Below are positions 39,501 to 53,560 of a stretch of DNA of 64,000 nt, piece by piece. This stretch comes from Eledone cirrhosa. Its lineage: Eukaryota. The first letter of the stretch is position 1. Every line of letters starts with the position of its first letter. Under the pieces are notes generated by a model, which had not been told where the DNA came from, did not search any database, and worked only from the letters and a program-made list of their open reading frames with translations. The DNA lies in NCBI GenBank assembly GCA_964016885.1, contig OZ024763.1, forward strand, positions 7,688,001 to 7,752,000, in the 5' to 3' direction. Position numbers and translations under genes: made by a program.

Positions 39501-42500
39501 GGGAAGGGATGGAAGGAGTTAGAGAGAGGGATGGATGGAGAGAGAGGGATGGATGTAGAGAGAGAGAGAGGGGGGAAAGAGAGAGTGATGGATGTAGAGA
39601 GAGAGAGGGATGGAAGGAGAGAGAGAGAGGGATGCATGGAGAGGGAGTAGGGATGGATGGATAGAGAGGAATGGGAAGGAGAGAGAGAGAGAGGGGATGG
39701 ATGGAGAGAGGGAGTAGGGATGGATGGAGAGAGAGAGGAATGGAAGGAGAGAGAGAGAGGGGGATGGATGGAGAGAGAGAGAGAGCGGGATGATGGAGAG
39801 AGGGAGGGGGATGGAAGGTGAGAGAGAGAGAGAGAGGGATGGAAGGTGAGAGAGAGAGGGGGATGGATGGAGAGAGAGGGAGTAGGGATGGAAGGTGAGA
39901 GAGAGGGGGATGGATGGAGAGAGAGGGAGTAGGGATGGAAGGTGAGAGAGAGAGGGGGATGGATGGAGAGAGAGGGAGTAGGGATGGGTTGGAGAGAGAG
40001 AGAGAGATGGATGGAGAGAGATATATATAGAGAGTGAGAGGCATGGAAGGAGTGAGAGGGGGATGGATGGAGAGAGAGAGAGGGATGGAAGGAGAGAGAG
40101 AGAGAGGGATGGATGGAGAGAGAGAGAGAGAGAGGGATGGATGGAGAGAGATATATATAGAGAGTGAGAGGCATGGAAGGAGAGAGAGGGAAGGATGTAG
40201 AGAGAGGGATGGAAGGAGAGAGAGAGAGATGGAGAGAGGGAGGGGGATGGAAGGTGAGAGAGAGAGAGAGGGATGGAAGGTGAGAGAGAGAGAGAGGGAT
40301 GGAAGGTGAGAGAGAGAGGGGGATGGATGGAGAGAGAGGGAGTAGGGATGGAAGGTGAGAGAGAGAGGGGGATGGATGGAGAGAGGGAGTAGGGATGGAT
40401 GGAGAGAGAGAGAGGGAGGAAGGAGAGAGAGAGGGATGGATGGAGAGATATATATAGAGAGTGAGAGGCATGGAAGGAGAGAGAGAGAGAGAGGGGGGGA
40501 TGGAAGGAGAGAGAGAGAGAGAGAGAGGGGGATGGATGGAGAGAGTGAGAGAGAGAGAGATGGATGGAGAGAGAGAGTGAGAGAGAGAGAGAGATGGATG
40601 GAGAGAGGGATAGATGGAGAGAGGGAGGGGGTAGGAGAGAGAGGGGGATGGAAGGAGAGAGAGAGAGAGGGATGGAGAGAGAGGGATGGAGAGAGAGGGG
40701 GATGGATGGATAGAGAGAGGAATGGATGGATAGAGAGAGGAATGGATGGAGAGAGGAATGGATGGAGAGAGAGGGAGATGGATGGAGAGAGAGAGGGAGG
40801 GGGGTAGGAGAGAGAGGGGTATGGAAGGAGAGAGAGAGGGATGGAAGGAGAGAAAGAGAGGGATGGAAGGAGAGAGAGAGAGGGATGCATGGAGAGAGAG
40901 GGAGTAGGGATGGATGGATAGAGAGAGGAATGAAAGGAGAGAGGGATGGAAGGAGAGAGAAAGAGAGGGATGGAAGGAGAGAGAGGGATGGATGGAGAGA
41001 TATATATAGAGAGTGAGAGGCATGGAAGGAGAGAGGGATGGATGGAGAGAGAGGGATGGATGGAGAGAGAGGGAGTAGGGATGGATGGAGAGAGAGGGAT
41101 GGATGTAGAGAGAGAGGGATGGATGTAGAGAGAGAGAGAGGGATGCATGGAGAGAGAGTGAGAGGCATGGAAGGAGAGAGAGGGATGGATGTCGAGAGAG
41201 AGAGGGATGGATAGAGAGAGGGAGAGGGGAAGAGGGATGGATGGAGAGAGAGGGATGGAAGGAGAGAGATGGATGGAGAGAGAGGGAGAGGGAAGGGGAT
41301 GGATGGATAGAGAGAGGAATGGATGGAGAGAGAGGGAGAGGGATGGAGAGAGAGAGGGAGGGGGGTAGGAGAGAGAGAGGGAGGGGGGTAGGAGAGAGAG
41401 GGGGGTGGAAGGGGAGAGAGAGAGAGAGGGAAGGAAGGAGAGAGAGAGAGAGATGGAAGGAGAGAGAGAGATGGAAGGAGAGAGAGAGAGGGATGCATGG
41501 AGAGAGGGAGTAGGGATGGATGGATAGAGAGAGGAATGGAAGGAGAGAGAGAGAGAGGGATGGAAGGAGAGAGAGAGAGGAATGGAAGGAGAGAGAGAGA
41601 GAGAGAGAGGGGGATGGATGGAGAGAGAGGAATGGAAGGAGAGAGAGAGGGGGATGGATGGAGAGATATATATATAGAGAGTGAGAGGCATGGAAGGAGA
41701 GAGAGAGAGGGATGGAAGGAGAGAGAGAGAGGGATGGATGGAGAGAGAGAGAGGGATGGAAGGTGAGAGAGAGAGGAGGGGAAGGGATGGAAGGAGTTAG
41801 AGAGAGGAGGGATGGATGGAGAGAGAGGGATGGATGTAGAGAGAGAGAGAGAGGGGGGAAAGAGAGAGTGATGGATGTAGAGAGAGAGAGGGATGGAAGG
41901 AGAGAGAGAGAGGGATGCATGGAGAGGGAGTAGGGATGGATGGAGAGAGAGTGAGAGGCATGGAAGGAGAGAGAGGGATGGATGTAGAGAGAGAGAGAGG
42001 GATGGAAGGAGAGAGAGAGAGAGAGAGGGATGGAAGGAGAGAGAGAGAGAGAGAGGGATGGAAGGAGAGAGAGAGAGAGAGGAATGGAAGGAGAGAGAGA
42101 GAGAGAGGAATGGAAGGAGAGAGAGAGAGGGGGATGGATGGAGAGAGAGAGAGAGGGATGGATGGAGAGAGAGAGAGAGAGAGGGATGGATGGAGAGAGA
42201 TATATATAGAGAGTGAGAGGCATGGAAGGAGAGAGAGGGATGGATGTAGAGAGAGGGATGGAAGGAGAGAGAGAGAGAGAGAGATGGAGAGAGGGAGGGG
42301 GATGGAAGTTGAGAGAGAGAGAGAGAGGGATGGAAGGTGAGAGAGAGAGGGGGATGGATGGAGAGAGAGGAGTAGGGATGGAAGGTGAGAGAGAGAGGGG
42401 GATGGATGGAGAGAGAGAGAGAGGGAGGAAGGAGAGAGAGAGGGATGGAAGGAGAGAGAGAGGGGGATGGATGGAGAGATATATATAGAGAGTGAGAGGC

Positions 42501-45500
42501 ATGGAAGGAGAGAGAGGGATGGAAGGAGAGAGAGAGAGAGAGTGATGGAAGGAGAGAGAGAGAGAGAGAGGGGGATGGAAGGAGAGAGAGAGAGAGAGAT
42601 GGAAGGAGAGAGAGAGAGAGAGAGGGGGAGAGGGATGGATGGAGAGAGTGAGAGAGAGAGAGATGGATGGAGAGAGGGATGGATGGAGAGAGAGAGAGAG
42701 AGGGATGGAAGGAGAGAGAGGGAGAGGGATGGAGAGAGGGAGGGGGTAGGAGAGAGGGAGGGGGGTAGGAGAGAGAGGGGGCTGGAAGGAGAGAGAGAGA
42801 GAGAGAGGGATGGAGAGAGAGAGAGAGGGATGGAGAGAGAGGGATGGAGAGAGAGGGGGATGGATGGAGAGAGGGGGTAGGAATGGATGGATAGAGGAAT
42901 GGATGGAGAGAGGAATGGATGGAGAGAGAGGGAGATGGATGGAGAGAGAGAGGGAGGGGGGTAGGAGAGAGAGGGGGATGGAAGGAGAGAAAGAGAGGGA
43001 TGGAAGGAGAGAGAGAGAGGGATGCATGGAGAGAGAGGGAGTAGGGATGGATGGATAGAGAGAGGAATGCAAGGAGAGAGGGATGGAAGGAGAGAGAAAG
43101 AGAGGGATGGATGGAGAGATATATATAGAGAGTGAGAGGCATGGAAGGAGAGAGGGATGGATGGAGAGAGAGGGATGGATGGAGAGAGAGGGAGTAGGGA
43201 TGGATGGAGAGAGAGGGATGGATGTAGAGAGAGAGAGAGGGATGCATGGAGAGAGAGTGAGAGGCATGGAAGGAGAGAGAGGGATGGATGTAGAGAGAGA
43301 GAGGGATGGATGGAGAGAGAGGGATGGAAGGAGAGGGATGGATGGAGAGAGAGGGAAGGAGAGAGAGAGAGAGGGAAGGGGATGGATGGATAGAGAGAGG
43401 AATGGATGGAGAGAGGGAGAGGGATGGAGAGAGAGAGGGAGGGGGGTAGGAGAGAGAGGGGGATGGAAGGGGAGAGAGAGAGAGAGGGAAGGAAGGAGAG
43501 AGAGAGATGGAAGGAGAGAGAGAGAGGGATGCATGGAGAGAGGGAGTAGGGATGGATGGATAGAGAGAGGAATGGAAGGAGAGAGAGAGAGAGGGGATGG
43601 ATGGAGAGAGAGGAATGGAAGGAGAGAGAGAGAGAGGAATGGAAGGAGAGAGAGAGAGGGATGGAAGGAGAGAGAGAGAGGGATGGAAGGAGAGAGAGAG
43701 AGGGAGTAGGGATGGAAGGATAGAGAGAGGAATGGAAGGAGAGAGAGAGAGAGAGAGAGAGGGGGATGGATGGAGAGAGAGGAATGGAAGGAGAGAGAGA
43801 GGGGGATGGATGGAGAGATATATATATAGAGAGTGAGAGGCATGGAAGGAGAGAGAGGGATGGAAGGAGAGAGAGAGAGGGATGGAAGGAGAGAGAGAGA
43901 GGGATGGATGGAGAGAGAGAGATGTATAGAGAGAGAGGGATGGAAGGTGAGAGAGAGAGGAGGGGAAGGGATGGAAGGAGTTAGAGAGAGGGATGGATGG
44001 AGAGAGAGGGAGTAGGGATGGATGAAGAGAGAGGGATGGATGTAGAGAGAGAGAGAGGGGGGAAAGAGAGAGTGATGGATGTAGAGAGAGAGAGGGATGG
44101 AAGGAGAGAGAGAGGGGGGGAAGGAGAGAGAGAGAGGGGGATGGATGGAGAGAGAGGGAGAGAGAGATGGATGGAGAGAGAGAGAGGGGGAGGCATGGAA
44201 GGAGAGAGAGGCATGGAAGGAGAGAGAGAGGCATGGAAGGAGAGAGAGAGGGATGGAAGGAGAGAGAGAGAGAGAGAGAGGGGGATGGAAGGAGAGAGAG
44301 AGAGAGGGATGCATGGAGAGAGAGGGAGTAGGGATGGATGAAGAGAGAGGGATGGATGTAGAGAGAGAGAGAGGGGGGAAAGAGAGAGTGATGGATGTAG
44401 AGAGAGAGAGGGGTGGAAGGAGAGAGAGAGGGGGGGAAGGAGAGAGAGAGAGGGGGATGGATGGAGAGAGAGGGAGAGAGAGATGGATGGAGAGAGAGAG
44501 AGGGGGAGGCATGGAAGGAGAGAGAGGCATGGAAGGAGAGAGAGAGGCATGGAAGGAGAGAGAGAGGGATGGAAGGAGAGAGAGAGGGATGGAAGGAGAG
44601 AGAGAGAGAGAGAGAGGGGGATGGAAGGAGAGAGAGAGAGAGGGATGCATGGAGAGAGAGGGAGTAGGGATGGATGGATAGAGAGAGGAATGGAAGGAGA
44701 GAGAGAGATGGATGGAGAGAGAGAGGGGAATGGATGGAGAGAGAGAGAGGGATGGATGGAGAGAGAGGAATGGAAGGAGAGAGGAATGGAAGGAGAGAGG
44801 GGGATGGAGAGAGAGAGAGAGGGATGGAGAGAGATATATATAGAGAGTGAGAGGCATGGATGTAGAGAGAGGGATGGAAGGAGAGAGAGATGGATAGAGA
44901 GAGGGAGGGGGATGGAAGGTGAGAGAGAGAGAGAGGGATGGAAGGTGAGAGAGAGAGGGGGATGGAAGGTGAGAGAGAGAGGGGGATGGATGGAGAGAGA
45001 GGGAGTAGGGATGGAAGGTAAGAGAGAGAGGGGGATGGATGGAGAGAGGGAGTAGGGATGGATGGAGAGAGAGAGAGAGAAGAGAGAGAGGGATGGAAGG
45101 AGAGAGAGAGGGGGATGGATGGAGAGATATATATAGAGAGTGAGAGGCATGGAAGGAGAGAGAGGGATGGAAGGAGAGAGAGAGAGAGAGAGGGGGATGG
45201 ATGGAGAGAGGGATGTATAGAGAGAGGGAGAGGGATGGATGGAGAGAGTGAGAGGGGGAGAGGGATGGATGGAGAGAGAGGGAGTAGGGATGGATGGAGA
45301 GAGAGGGATGCATGGAGAGAGAGGGGGATGGATGGAGAGAGGGAGTAGGGATGGATGGAGAGAGAGAGAGAGGGATGGATGGAGAGAGGGAGGGGGATGG
45401 AAGGTGAGAGAGAGAGAGAGAGGGATGGAAGGTGAGAGAGAGAGATGGATGGAGAGAGAGGGATGGATGTAGAGAGAGAGAGGGGGATGGAAGGAGAGAG

Positions 45501-46330
45501 AGAGGGATGGAAGGAGAGAGGGATGGATGTAGAGAGAGAGAGAGGGATGGAAGGAGAGAGAGAGGGATGGAAGGAGAGAGAGAGGGGGATGGAAGGAGAG
45601 AGAGAGGGATGGAAGGAGAGAGGGATGGATGTAGAGAGAGAGAGAGAGGGATGCATGGAGAGGGAGTAGGGATGGATGGATAGAGAGGAATGGAAGGAGA
45701 GAGAGAGAGAGGGATGGATGGAGAGAGAGGAATGGAAGGAGAGAGAGAGAGTGGAATGGATGGAGAGAGAGAGGGGGATGGATGGAGAGAGAGAGAGAGA
45801 GGGATGGAAGGAGAGAGAGAGAGGGATGGAAGGAGAGAGGGGGATGGAGAGAGAGAGAGGGGGATGGAGAGAGAGAGAGAGGGATGGAGAGAGAGAGAGA
45901 GAGAGAGGGATGGATGGAGAGAGATATATATAGAGAGTGAGAGGCATGGAAGGAGAGAGAGAGATGGATAGAGAGAGGGAGGGGGATGGAAGGTAAGAGA
46001 GAGAGGGGGATGGATGGAGAGAGGGAGTAGGGATGGATGGAGAGAGAGAGAGAGGGAGGAAGGAGAGAGAGAGGGATGGAAGGAGAGAGAGAGGGGGATG
46101 GATGGAGAGATATATATAGAGAGTGAGAGGCATGGAAGGAGAGAGAGGGATGGAAGGAGAGAGAGGGGGATGGATGGAGAGAGGGATGTATAGAGAGAGG
46201 GAGAGGGATGGATGGAGAGAGAGAGGGATGGAGAGAGAGAGAGAGGGATGGAAGGAGAGAGGGAGGGGGTAGGAGAGAGGGAGGGGGTAGGAGAGAGATG
46301 GGGATGGAAGGAGAGAGAGGGGGATGGAAG

Positions 46331-46361
<31 letters not shown>

Positions 46362-48358
46362 AGAGGGGGATGGATGGAGAGAGGGGGTAGGGATGGATGG
46401 ATAGAGAGAGGAATGGATGGAGAGAGGAATGGATGGAGAGAGAGGGAGATGGATGGAGAGAGAGGGGGATGGAAGGAGAGAGAGAGAGAGGGGGAAAGGG
46501 ATGGAAGGAGAGAGAGAGAGGGATGGAAGGAGAGAGAGAGAGGGATGCATGGAGAGAGAGGGAGTAGGGATGGATGGATAGAGAGAGGAATGAAAGGAGA
46601 GAGAGAGGGGGATGGATGGAGAGATATATATAGAGAGTGAGAGGCATGGAAGGAGAGAGGGATGGAAGGAGAGAGAAAGAGAGGGATGGATGGAGAGAGA
46701 GGGATGGATGTAGAGAGAGAGAGAGGCATGCATGGAGAGAGAGGGATGGATGTAGAGAGAGAGAGGGATGGATAGAGAGAGGGAGAGAGATGGATGGAGA
46801 GGGATGGATGGAGAGGGATGGATGGAGAGGGATGGAAGGGGATGGATGGATAGAGAGAGGAATGGATGGAGAGAGAGGGAGAGGGATGGAGAGAGAGGGA
46901 GGGGGTAGGAGAGAGAGGGGGATGGAAGGAGAGAGAGAGAGAGAGAGAGATGGAAGGAGAGAGAGGAATGGAAGGAGAGAGAGAGAGAGGAATGGAAGGA
47001 GAGAGAGAGAGAGGAATGGAAGGAGAGAGAGAGAGAGGAATGGAAGGAGAGAGAGAGAGGGATGGAAGGAGAGAGAGAGAGGGAGTAGGGATGGAAGGAT
47101 AGAGAGAGGAATGGAAGGAGAGAGAGAGAGAGAGAGGGGGATGGATGGAGAGAGAGGCATGGAAGGAGAGAGAGGGATGGAAGGAGAGAGAGAGAGAGAG
47201 AGAGGCATGGAAGGAGAGAGAGGCATGGAAGGAGAGAGAGGGATGGAAGGAGAGAGAGGGATGGAAGGAGAGAGAGGGATGGAAGGAGAGAGAGAGAGAG
47301 GGATGGATGGAGAGAGAGAGAGAGGGATGGATGGAGAGAGAGATGTATAGAGAGAGAGAGGGATGGAAGGTGAGAGAGAGAGGAGGGGAAGGGATGGAAG
47401 GAGTTAGAGAGAGGGATGGATGGAGAGAGAGGGATGGATGTAGAGAGAGAGAGAGGGGGGAAAGAGAGAGTGATGGATGTAGAGAGAGATGGATAGAGAG
47501 AGGGGGAGAGGGAGAGGGATGGATGGATAGAGAGGGAGCGGGATGGAGAGAGGGGGGGTCGGAGAGAGAGGGGGATGGAAGGAGAGAGAGAGAGAGAGAG
47601 GGATGGAGAGAGAGAGGGATGGATGGAGAGAGGGATGGATGGAGAGAGGGATGGATGGAGAGAGGGATGGATGGAGAGAGGGGGTAGGGATGATTGGATA
47701 GAGAGAGGAATGGAAGGAGAGAGAGAGGGGGATGGATGGAGAGAGAGAGAGGGATGGAAGGAGAGAGAGAGAGGGATGGAAGGAGAGAGAGAGAGGGTTT
47801 GAAGGAGAGAGAGAGAGGAATGGATGGATGGATAGAGAGAGGAATGGAAGGAGAGAGAGAGAGAGAGAGAGGGGGATGGATGGAGAGAGAGGGAGTAGGG
47901 ATGGATGGATAGAGAGAGGAATGGAAGGAGAGAGAGAGAGAGGGGGATGGATGGAGAGAGATATATAGAGAATGAGAGGCATGGAAGGAGAGAGAGGGAG
48001 ATGGATGGACGGAGAGAGAGGGATGGAAGGAGAGGGATGGATGGAGAGAGAGAGGGATGGAAGGAGAGAGAGAGAGAGGGATGGAAGGAGAGAGAGAGAG
48101 GGATGGAAGGAGAGAGAGAGAGAGATGGAGAGAGAGAGAGAGAGAGAGGGATGGAGAGAGAGAGAGAGAGAGAGATGGAGAGAGAGAGAGGGAGGGATGG
48201 ATGGAGAGAGAGAGAGGGATGGAGAGAGAGAGAGGGATGGAAAGAGAGAGGGATGGAATGAGAGATAGAGAGGAATGGATGGAGAGAGATATATATAGAG
48301 AGAGAGGGGGATGGAAGGAGAGTGAGGGGCATGGAAGGAGAGAGAGGGATGGAGAGAG
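32325..48358. repeat. 16-kb modular GA/GGAT polypurine satellite
   Basis: Modules ggatggaagg(ag)n, ggatggatgg(ag)n, gggagtagggatgg and gatatatatagagagtgagaggcatggaagg; very few C on the + strand. Confidence 0.98.
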
Positions 48359-48493
48359 CTGAGAAATAGGAAAACATGTAAGACTTACTTTTTTGTGATG
48401 TCAAATAAAGTTTGACTACTTTTAGATTTTATAATTATAGGAATGACTCGACATGATAACTACACAAGATAGAAAATATACAGAAACTAATAT

Positions 48494-48645
48494 AATTGTT
48501 TCTACTTTTGGCACAAGTCCAGCAATTACCCACTGGTAATTTATTTTATCGACCCCGTAATGATGAAAGACAGTTAACCTCGGCCGGATTTGAACTCAGA
48601 ATGGAAAGGGGCGTAATTCTATGCGTCAAAGCATGGCGTCCGACG
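48494..48645 (-). mobile_element. tRNA-derived SINE
   Basis: Same family on the reverse strand. Confidence 0.8.
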
Positions 48646-48900
48646 GTGTAGTGTGGTGATATGTGTGGTGATGTGTGTGGTGTGGTGTGTAGAAGGTGAT
48701 GTGTGTGGTGTGGTGTGTAGAAGGTAATGTGCGTTGTGTAGTGTGTAGAGTGTGGTGTGTAGAGTATAATGTGTTGTGTGTAGAACATAATGTGTGGTGA
48801 GTGATGTGTATGGCGTGGTGTGTGAGTACATGTGTGGAGTATGTGGTGTGTAACGAGGGTGTGGTGTAATTGTGTGTATGTGTGAGTGTTTAATGTGCTG
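48646..48900. repeat. TG-rich low-complexity tract
   Basis: gtgtggt-type repeats. Confidence 0.85.
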
Positions 48901-49259
48901 TGTTAATGAGTGGACTGGATTAAAAAGGAGTCACACAATCTTTAAAAGACACTCAATTAACTTTGCCCTAATTACTATATATACTCAAATAAAAAAGGGA
49001 TCGGCTTATAATTGAGAAATAGGACAGAATCCAAACCCCATTTATAAGCCATGGTGGCTAATCAACAGACGACAGTTTTGAAATTCTCATGAGTGGAGAA
49101 TATATTTATGAAGTTTTAATATTTTGATATTTAAAATGTTTTAAGTGTCATTTAGAGTATAGTTTTTATTTCACTTCTTTATGTAATGAGTTACCATTTT
49201 CTGATTGATTTCAAGGTCATATTCATTAAAATCATCAAATATAATAGCAAATATAAATT

Positions 49260-51570
49260 TCACCTCCAAATTGAAACTGGTGTAATATATCCACCACCAA
49301 AGTGAAACTGGTGTAATATATTCACCTGCAAAGTGAAACTGGTGTAATATATCCACATCCAAAGTGAAACTGGTGTAATATATTCACCTCCAAAGTGAAA
49401 CTGGTGTAATATATTCACCTACAAAGTGTAAACTGGTGTAATATTCCAAAGTGAAACTGGTGAAATATTCATCTCCAAAGTGAAACTGGTGTAATATATC
49501 CACCACCAAAGTGAAACTGGTGTAACATATTCACCTGCAAAGTGAAACTGGTGTAATATATTCACCTGCAAAGTGAAACTGGTGCAATATTCACCTACAA
49601 AGTGTAAACTGGTGTAATATTCCAAAGTGAAACTGGTGTAATATTCACCTCCAAAGTGAAACTGGTGTAATATATCCACCTGCAAAGTGAAACTAGTGTA
49701 ATATATTCACCTGCAAAGTGAAACTGGTGTAATATATCCACATCCAAAGTGAAACTGGTGTAATATATTCACCTGCAAAGTGAAACTGGTGTAATATTCT
49801 AAAGTGAAACTGGTGTAATATTCACCTCCAAAGTGTAAACTGGTGTAATATTCACCTCCAAAGTGTAAACTGGTGTAATATTCCAAAGTGAAAATGGTGT
49901 AATATATCCACCACCAAAGTGAAACTGGTGTAATATATCCACCTGCAAAGTGAAACTGGTGTAATATATCCACCTGCAAAGTGAAACTGGTGTAATATAT
50001 CCACATCCCAAGTGAAACTGGTGTAATATATTCACCTGCAAAGTGAAACTAGTGTAATATATCCAAAGTGAAACTGGTGTAATATTCTAAAGTGAAACTG
50101 GTGTAATATTCCAAAGTGAAACTGGTGTAATATTCACCTCCAAAGTGTAAACTGATGTAATATTCTAAAGTGAAACTGGTGTAATATATCCACCACCAAA
50201 GTGAAACTGGTGTAATATATCCACATCCAAACTGAAACTGGTGTAATATATTCACCACTAAAGTGAAACTGGTGTAATATATCCACCTCCAAAGTGAAAC
50301 TGGTGTAATATTCACCACCAAAGTGTAAACTGGTGTAATATTCCAAAGTGAAACTGGTGTAATATTCACCTCCAAAGTGTAAACTGGTGTAATATTCCAA
50401 AGTGAAACTGGTGTAATATATCCACCACTAACGTGAAACTGGTGCAATATTCACCTGCAAAGTGAAACTGGTGTAATATATGCACATCCAAAGTGAAACT
50501 GGTGCAATATTCACCTACAAAGTGAAACTGGTGTAATATTCCAAAGTGAAACTGGTGTAATATTCACCTCCAAAGTGTAAACTGGTGTAATATTCCAAAG
50601 TGAAACTGGTGTAATATTCACCTCCAAAGTGTAAACTGGTGTAATATTCCAAAGTGAAACTGGTGTAATATTCACCTCCAAAGTGTAAACTGGTGTAATA
50701 TTCCAAAGTGAAACTGGTGTAATATATCCACCACCAAAGTGAAACTGGTGTAATATATTCACCTGCAAAGTGAAACAGGTGTAATATATCCACATCCAAA
50801 GTGAAACTGGTGCAATATTCACCTACAAAGTGAAACTGGTGTAATATTCCAAAGTGAAATTGGTGTAATATTCCAAAGTGAAACTGGTGTAATATTCCAA
50901 AGTGAAACTGGTGTAAAATTCACCTCCAAAGTGTAAACTGGTGTAATAATCCAAAGTGAAACTGGTGTAATATATTCACCTGCAAAGTGAAACAGGTGTA
51001 ATATATCCACATCCAAAGTGAAACTGGTGCAATATTCACCTACAAAGTGAAACTGGTGTAATATTCCAAAGTGAAACTGGTGTAATATTCCAAAGTGAAA
51101 CTGGTGTAATATTCCAAAGTGAAACTGGTGTAATATTCCAAAGTGAAACTGGTGTAATATTCCAAAGTGAAACTGGTGTAATATTCACCTCCAAAGTGTT
51201 AACTGGTGTAATATTCCAAAGTGAAACTGGTGTAATATTCCAAAGTGAAACTGGTGTAATAATCCAAAGTGAAACTGGTGTAATATATCCACCACCAAAG
51301 TGAAACTGGTGTAATATATTCACCTGCAAAGTGAAACAGGTGTAATATATCCACATCCAAAGTGAAACTGGTGTAATATATCCACCTCCAAAGTGAAACT
51401 GGTGCAATATTCACCTACAAAGTGAAACTGGTGTAATATTCCAAAGTGAAATTGGTGTAATATTCCAAAGTGAAACTGGTGTAATATTCCAAAGTGAAAC
51501 TGGTGTAATATTCCAAAGTGAAATTGGTGTAATATTCCAAAGTGAAACTGGTGTAATATTCACCTCCAAA
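49260..51570. repeat. Modular minisatellite: 21-bp core aaagtgaaactggtgtaatat plus 3-10-bp linkers
   Basis: Linkers tcc, tcacctcc, attcacctgc, atccacatcc and atccaccacc give units of about 24, 29 and 31 bp. Confidence 0.97.
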
Positions 51571-51914
51571 GAGAAAATATTATAGCACCTCATTTACATA
51601 TAATTTTTAAGTTGGTGAAATCAAAATATTGACCTCGAAGACATGTCCTCCTCCCTATTTTACCATCAATATTTTGTCACATTTATCGACATATATACAA
51701 GTATATACAATATTTACTTTACATAAATTATCAAAAGATTTGCTATTTATGTAAACAGAATTATCCGAAACTAAATCTAATAAAATTTCTTTTAATTAAA
51801 TTTAAGAAAAAAAAAATAGTTTGAAAGAAAACTAGAGATCACTGCTCCGACCAAGGTGTAGGAGTCACTGATTTTGACCAAGGTGTAGGGGTCACGACAT
51901 ACAAAATAAACAGT

Positions 51915-52080
51915 ACTCACTGTAAATGTGGTTAGCGTTTGGAAAGGCTTCCAGCTGTTAAAGCGAAGCCAAGATCAGTTCTGTATGAGCAAGACATGGT
52001 CACCTGACCTGGCATTGCCCACAATAGGACAACTCGTCTAACCCATGCAAGCGTAGAAAAATGGACATTAAATTGTGATT
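51915..52080 (+). mobile_element. RTE-tailed SINE 3' remnant
   Basis: gtggttagcgtttggaaaggcttccagctgt..aacccatgcaagcgtagaaaaatggacattaaa. Confidence 0.55.
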
Positions 52081-52323
52081 ATATATATATATATATATAT
52101 TATGTGTGTGTGTGTGTGTGTGTGAGAGAGTCTCGGGTTCAATCGAGGGGGAAACCACAGTAGGTAAAGTACTCAATACATTAGTAGAGTATATACAAAA
52201 TATAATATAGAAATAGCTTCTACAGGACTAGGAATATTTCATTCGAAGGAAATCATTAGGAAAGCCCCGATTTCCTTGAAATGAAAGTTCTAGTCCTGTA
52301 GAAGTCATTTCTATATCATTCTG

Positions 52324-52783
52324 TTGACAAAGGGTTTCTCCCTACGAACGAAAATCCAGTTATATGATGCCTGTGTGAGATGGGCAGCAACTGCGGAGGA
52401 TATGAGACGGCTGGAGAGAAATGAATCAAGCATGCTCCGTTGGATGTGCAATGTCAATGTGTGTGAACGACCAAGTATAAACAAGTTGAAAAAGAAACTG
52501 GGTATAAGAGGGATAAATTGTCGTGTGCAGGAGGGAAGACTGCGATGGTATGGACATGTGATGCGCATGGAGGATGACCGCTGGGTAAAGAAGTGCCAAG
52601 AAATCCCAGTAGAAGGAAGATGCAGTAGAGGAAGACCACGAAAATCATGGGCAGGAGTGGTGAGAGCTGACCTCAGATCGCTGAAACTCACAGATGACGA
52701 CGAAGGACAGTGACGATGGAGAGATGCTGTGCTGAATAGGACCCGTCCCACCCTTGCAAGCCTGAAAACTCAGACGTATGAAA

Positions 52784-52785
<2 letters not shown>
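52324..52785 (+). mobile_element. RTE-clade LINE 3' fragment (RT C-terminus plus tail)
   Basis: RRLERNESSMLRWMCNV..RLRWYGHVMRMEDDRWVKKC..VEGRCSRGRPRKSW is a classic RTE C-terminus; followed by the tail and (TA)n. Confidence 0.92.
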
Positions 52786-52838
<53 letters not shown>

Positions 52839-53117
52839 AATCAAATATACTACTTGACCAATATACTAATATGTATAGATAATATAGATATAACAAACCT
52901 GTTGGTATAAACATCAACACTGGTAGACTCCTTCAGTACAGGAGAGGGGCAGATGATACTCCTGGCTTGTGTTTGATCAATAGCATCACTCCTTCCCTCT
53001 GGCACATAAATTTCTATTTGGTAGTGACCAGTTGTTTCCTCCTACTAAGAAAGAAATACCACCAGGGGTCAGAAGGTTAATTTATGAGTTTTACTTATTT
53101 AGTTTATGTATCATATA

Positions 53118-53195
53118 CAGGGTGTCCCCAAAAATGTATACACGCTTCAACAATATTCTTATAAATATGTGTATGCATTTTGGGGGGTAACCCTT
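53118..53195. mobile_element. Tc1/mariner-like tiny MITE
   Basis: TA|CAGGGTGTCCCCAAAAATGTATACAC ... GTGTATGCATTTTGGGGGGTAACCCTT|TA, i.e. imperfect TIRs flanked by TA. Confidence 0.65.
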
Positions 53196-53490
53196 TATTA
53201 GTGGCTGAATTTTTGTGGTGGTGGAAGGTTATTGTAGCTGAGGGAAGGAAGGAAGGGAGGGAGAATGTAGATTGTGTGTGTGTTGACTGTGCGTGCGTGT
53301 GTAAGTAGAAGAGAGAGAGAACCTGAGATGGGAGAGACACATACATGTATGCGTGTCTCCCATCACGTTCTCTCTCCCTTCTACTTGCACATGTGTATGT
53401 GTGTGTGTACCCCAACTCTTGGAGGAGTCGGGGCGCCATAAAGATGTAGAGTGTGCCTTGGGCATTTATAAACCTGGTGGAGCCCATCTC

Positions 53491-53530
<40 letters not shown>

Positions 53531-53560
53531 GAGAAAGAGAGAACACATACGCATGTTTAA

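Noticed and set aside
32147-48404. Giant ORFs (4860, 3140, 2961, 2207 and 1081 aa, rich in S/L/P/H) and the E/R/G-rich + strand ORFs
   Set aside because: Open in all three minus frames because the pyrimidine strand rarely forms stop codons. Variable (GA)n lengths shift frames constantly and no domain is recognisable.
49260-51570. CRISPR-like repeat-spacer appearance
   Set aside because: Linkers are only 3-10 bp and drawn from a few recurring types, there are no cas genes, and the context is eukaryotic.
52324-52713. 129-aa ORF as a host gene
   Set aside because: It is an RTE retrotransposon C-terminal fragment with an internal deletion.
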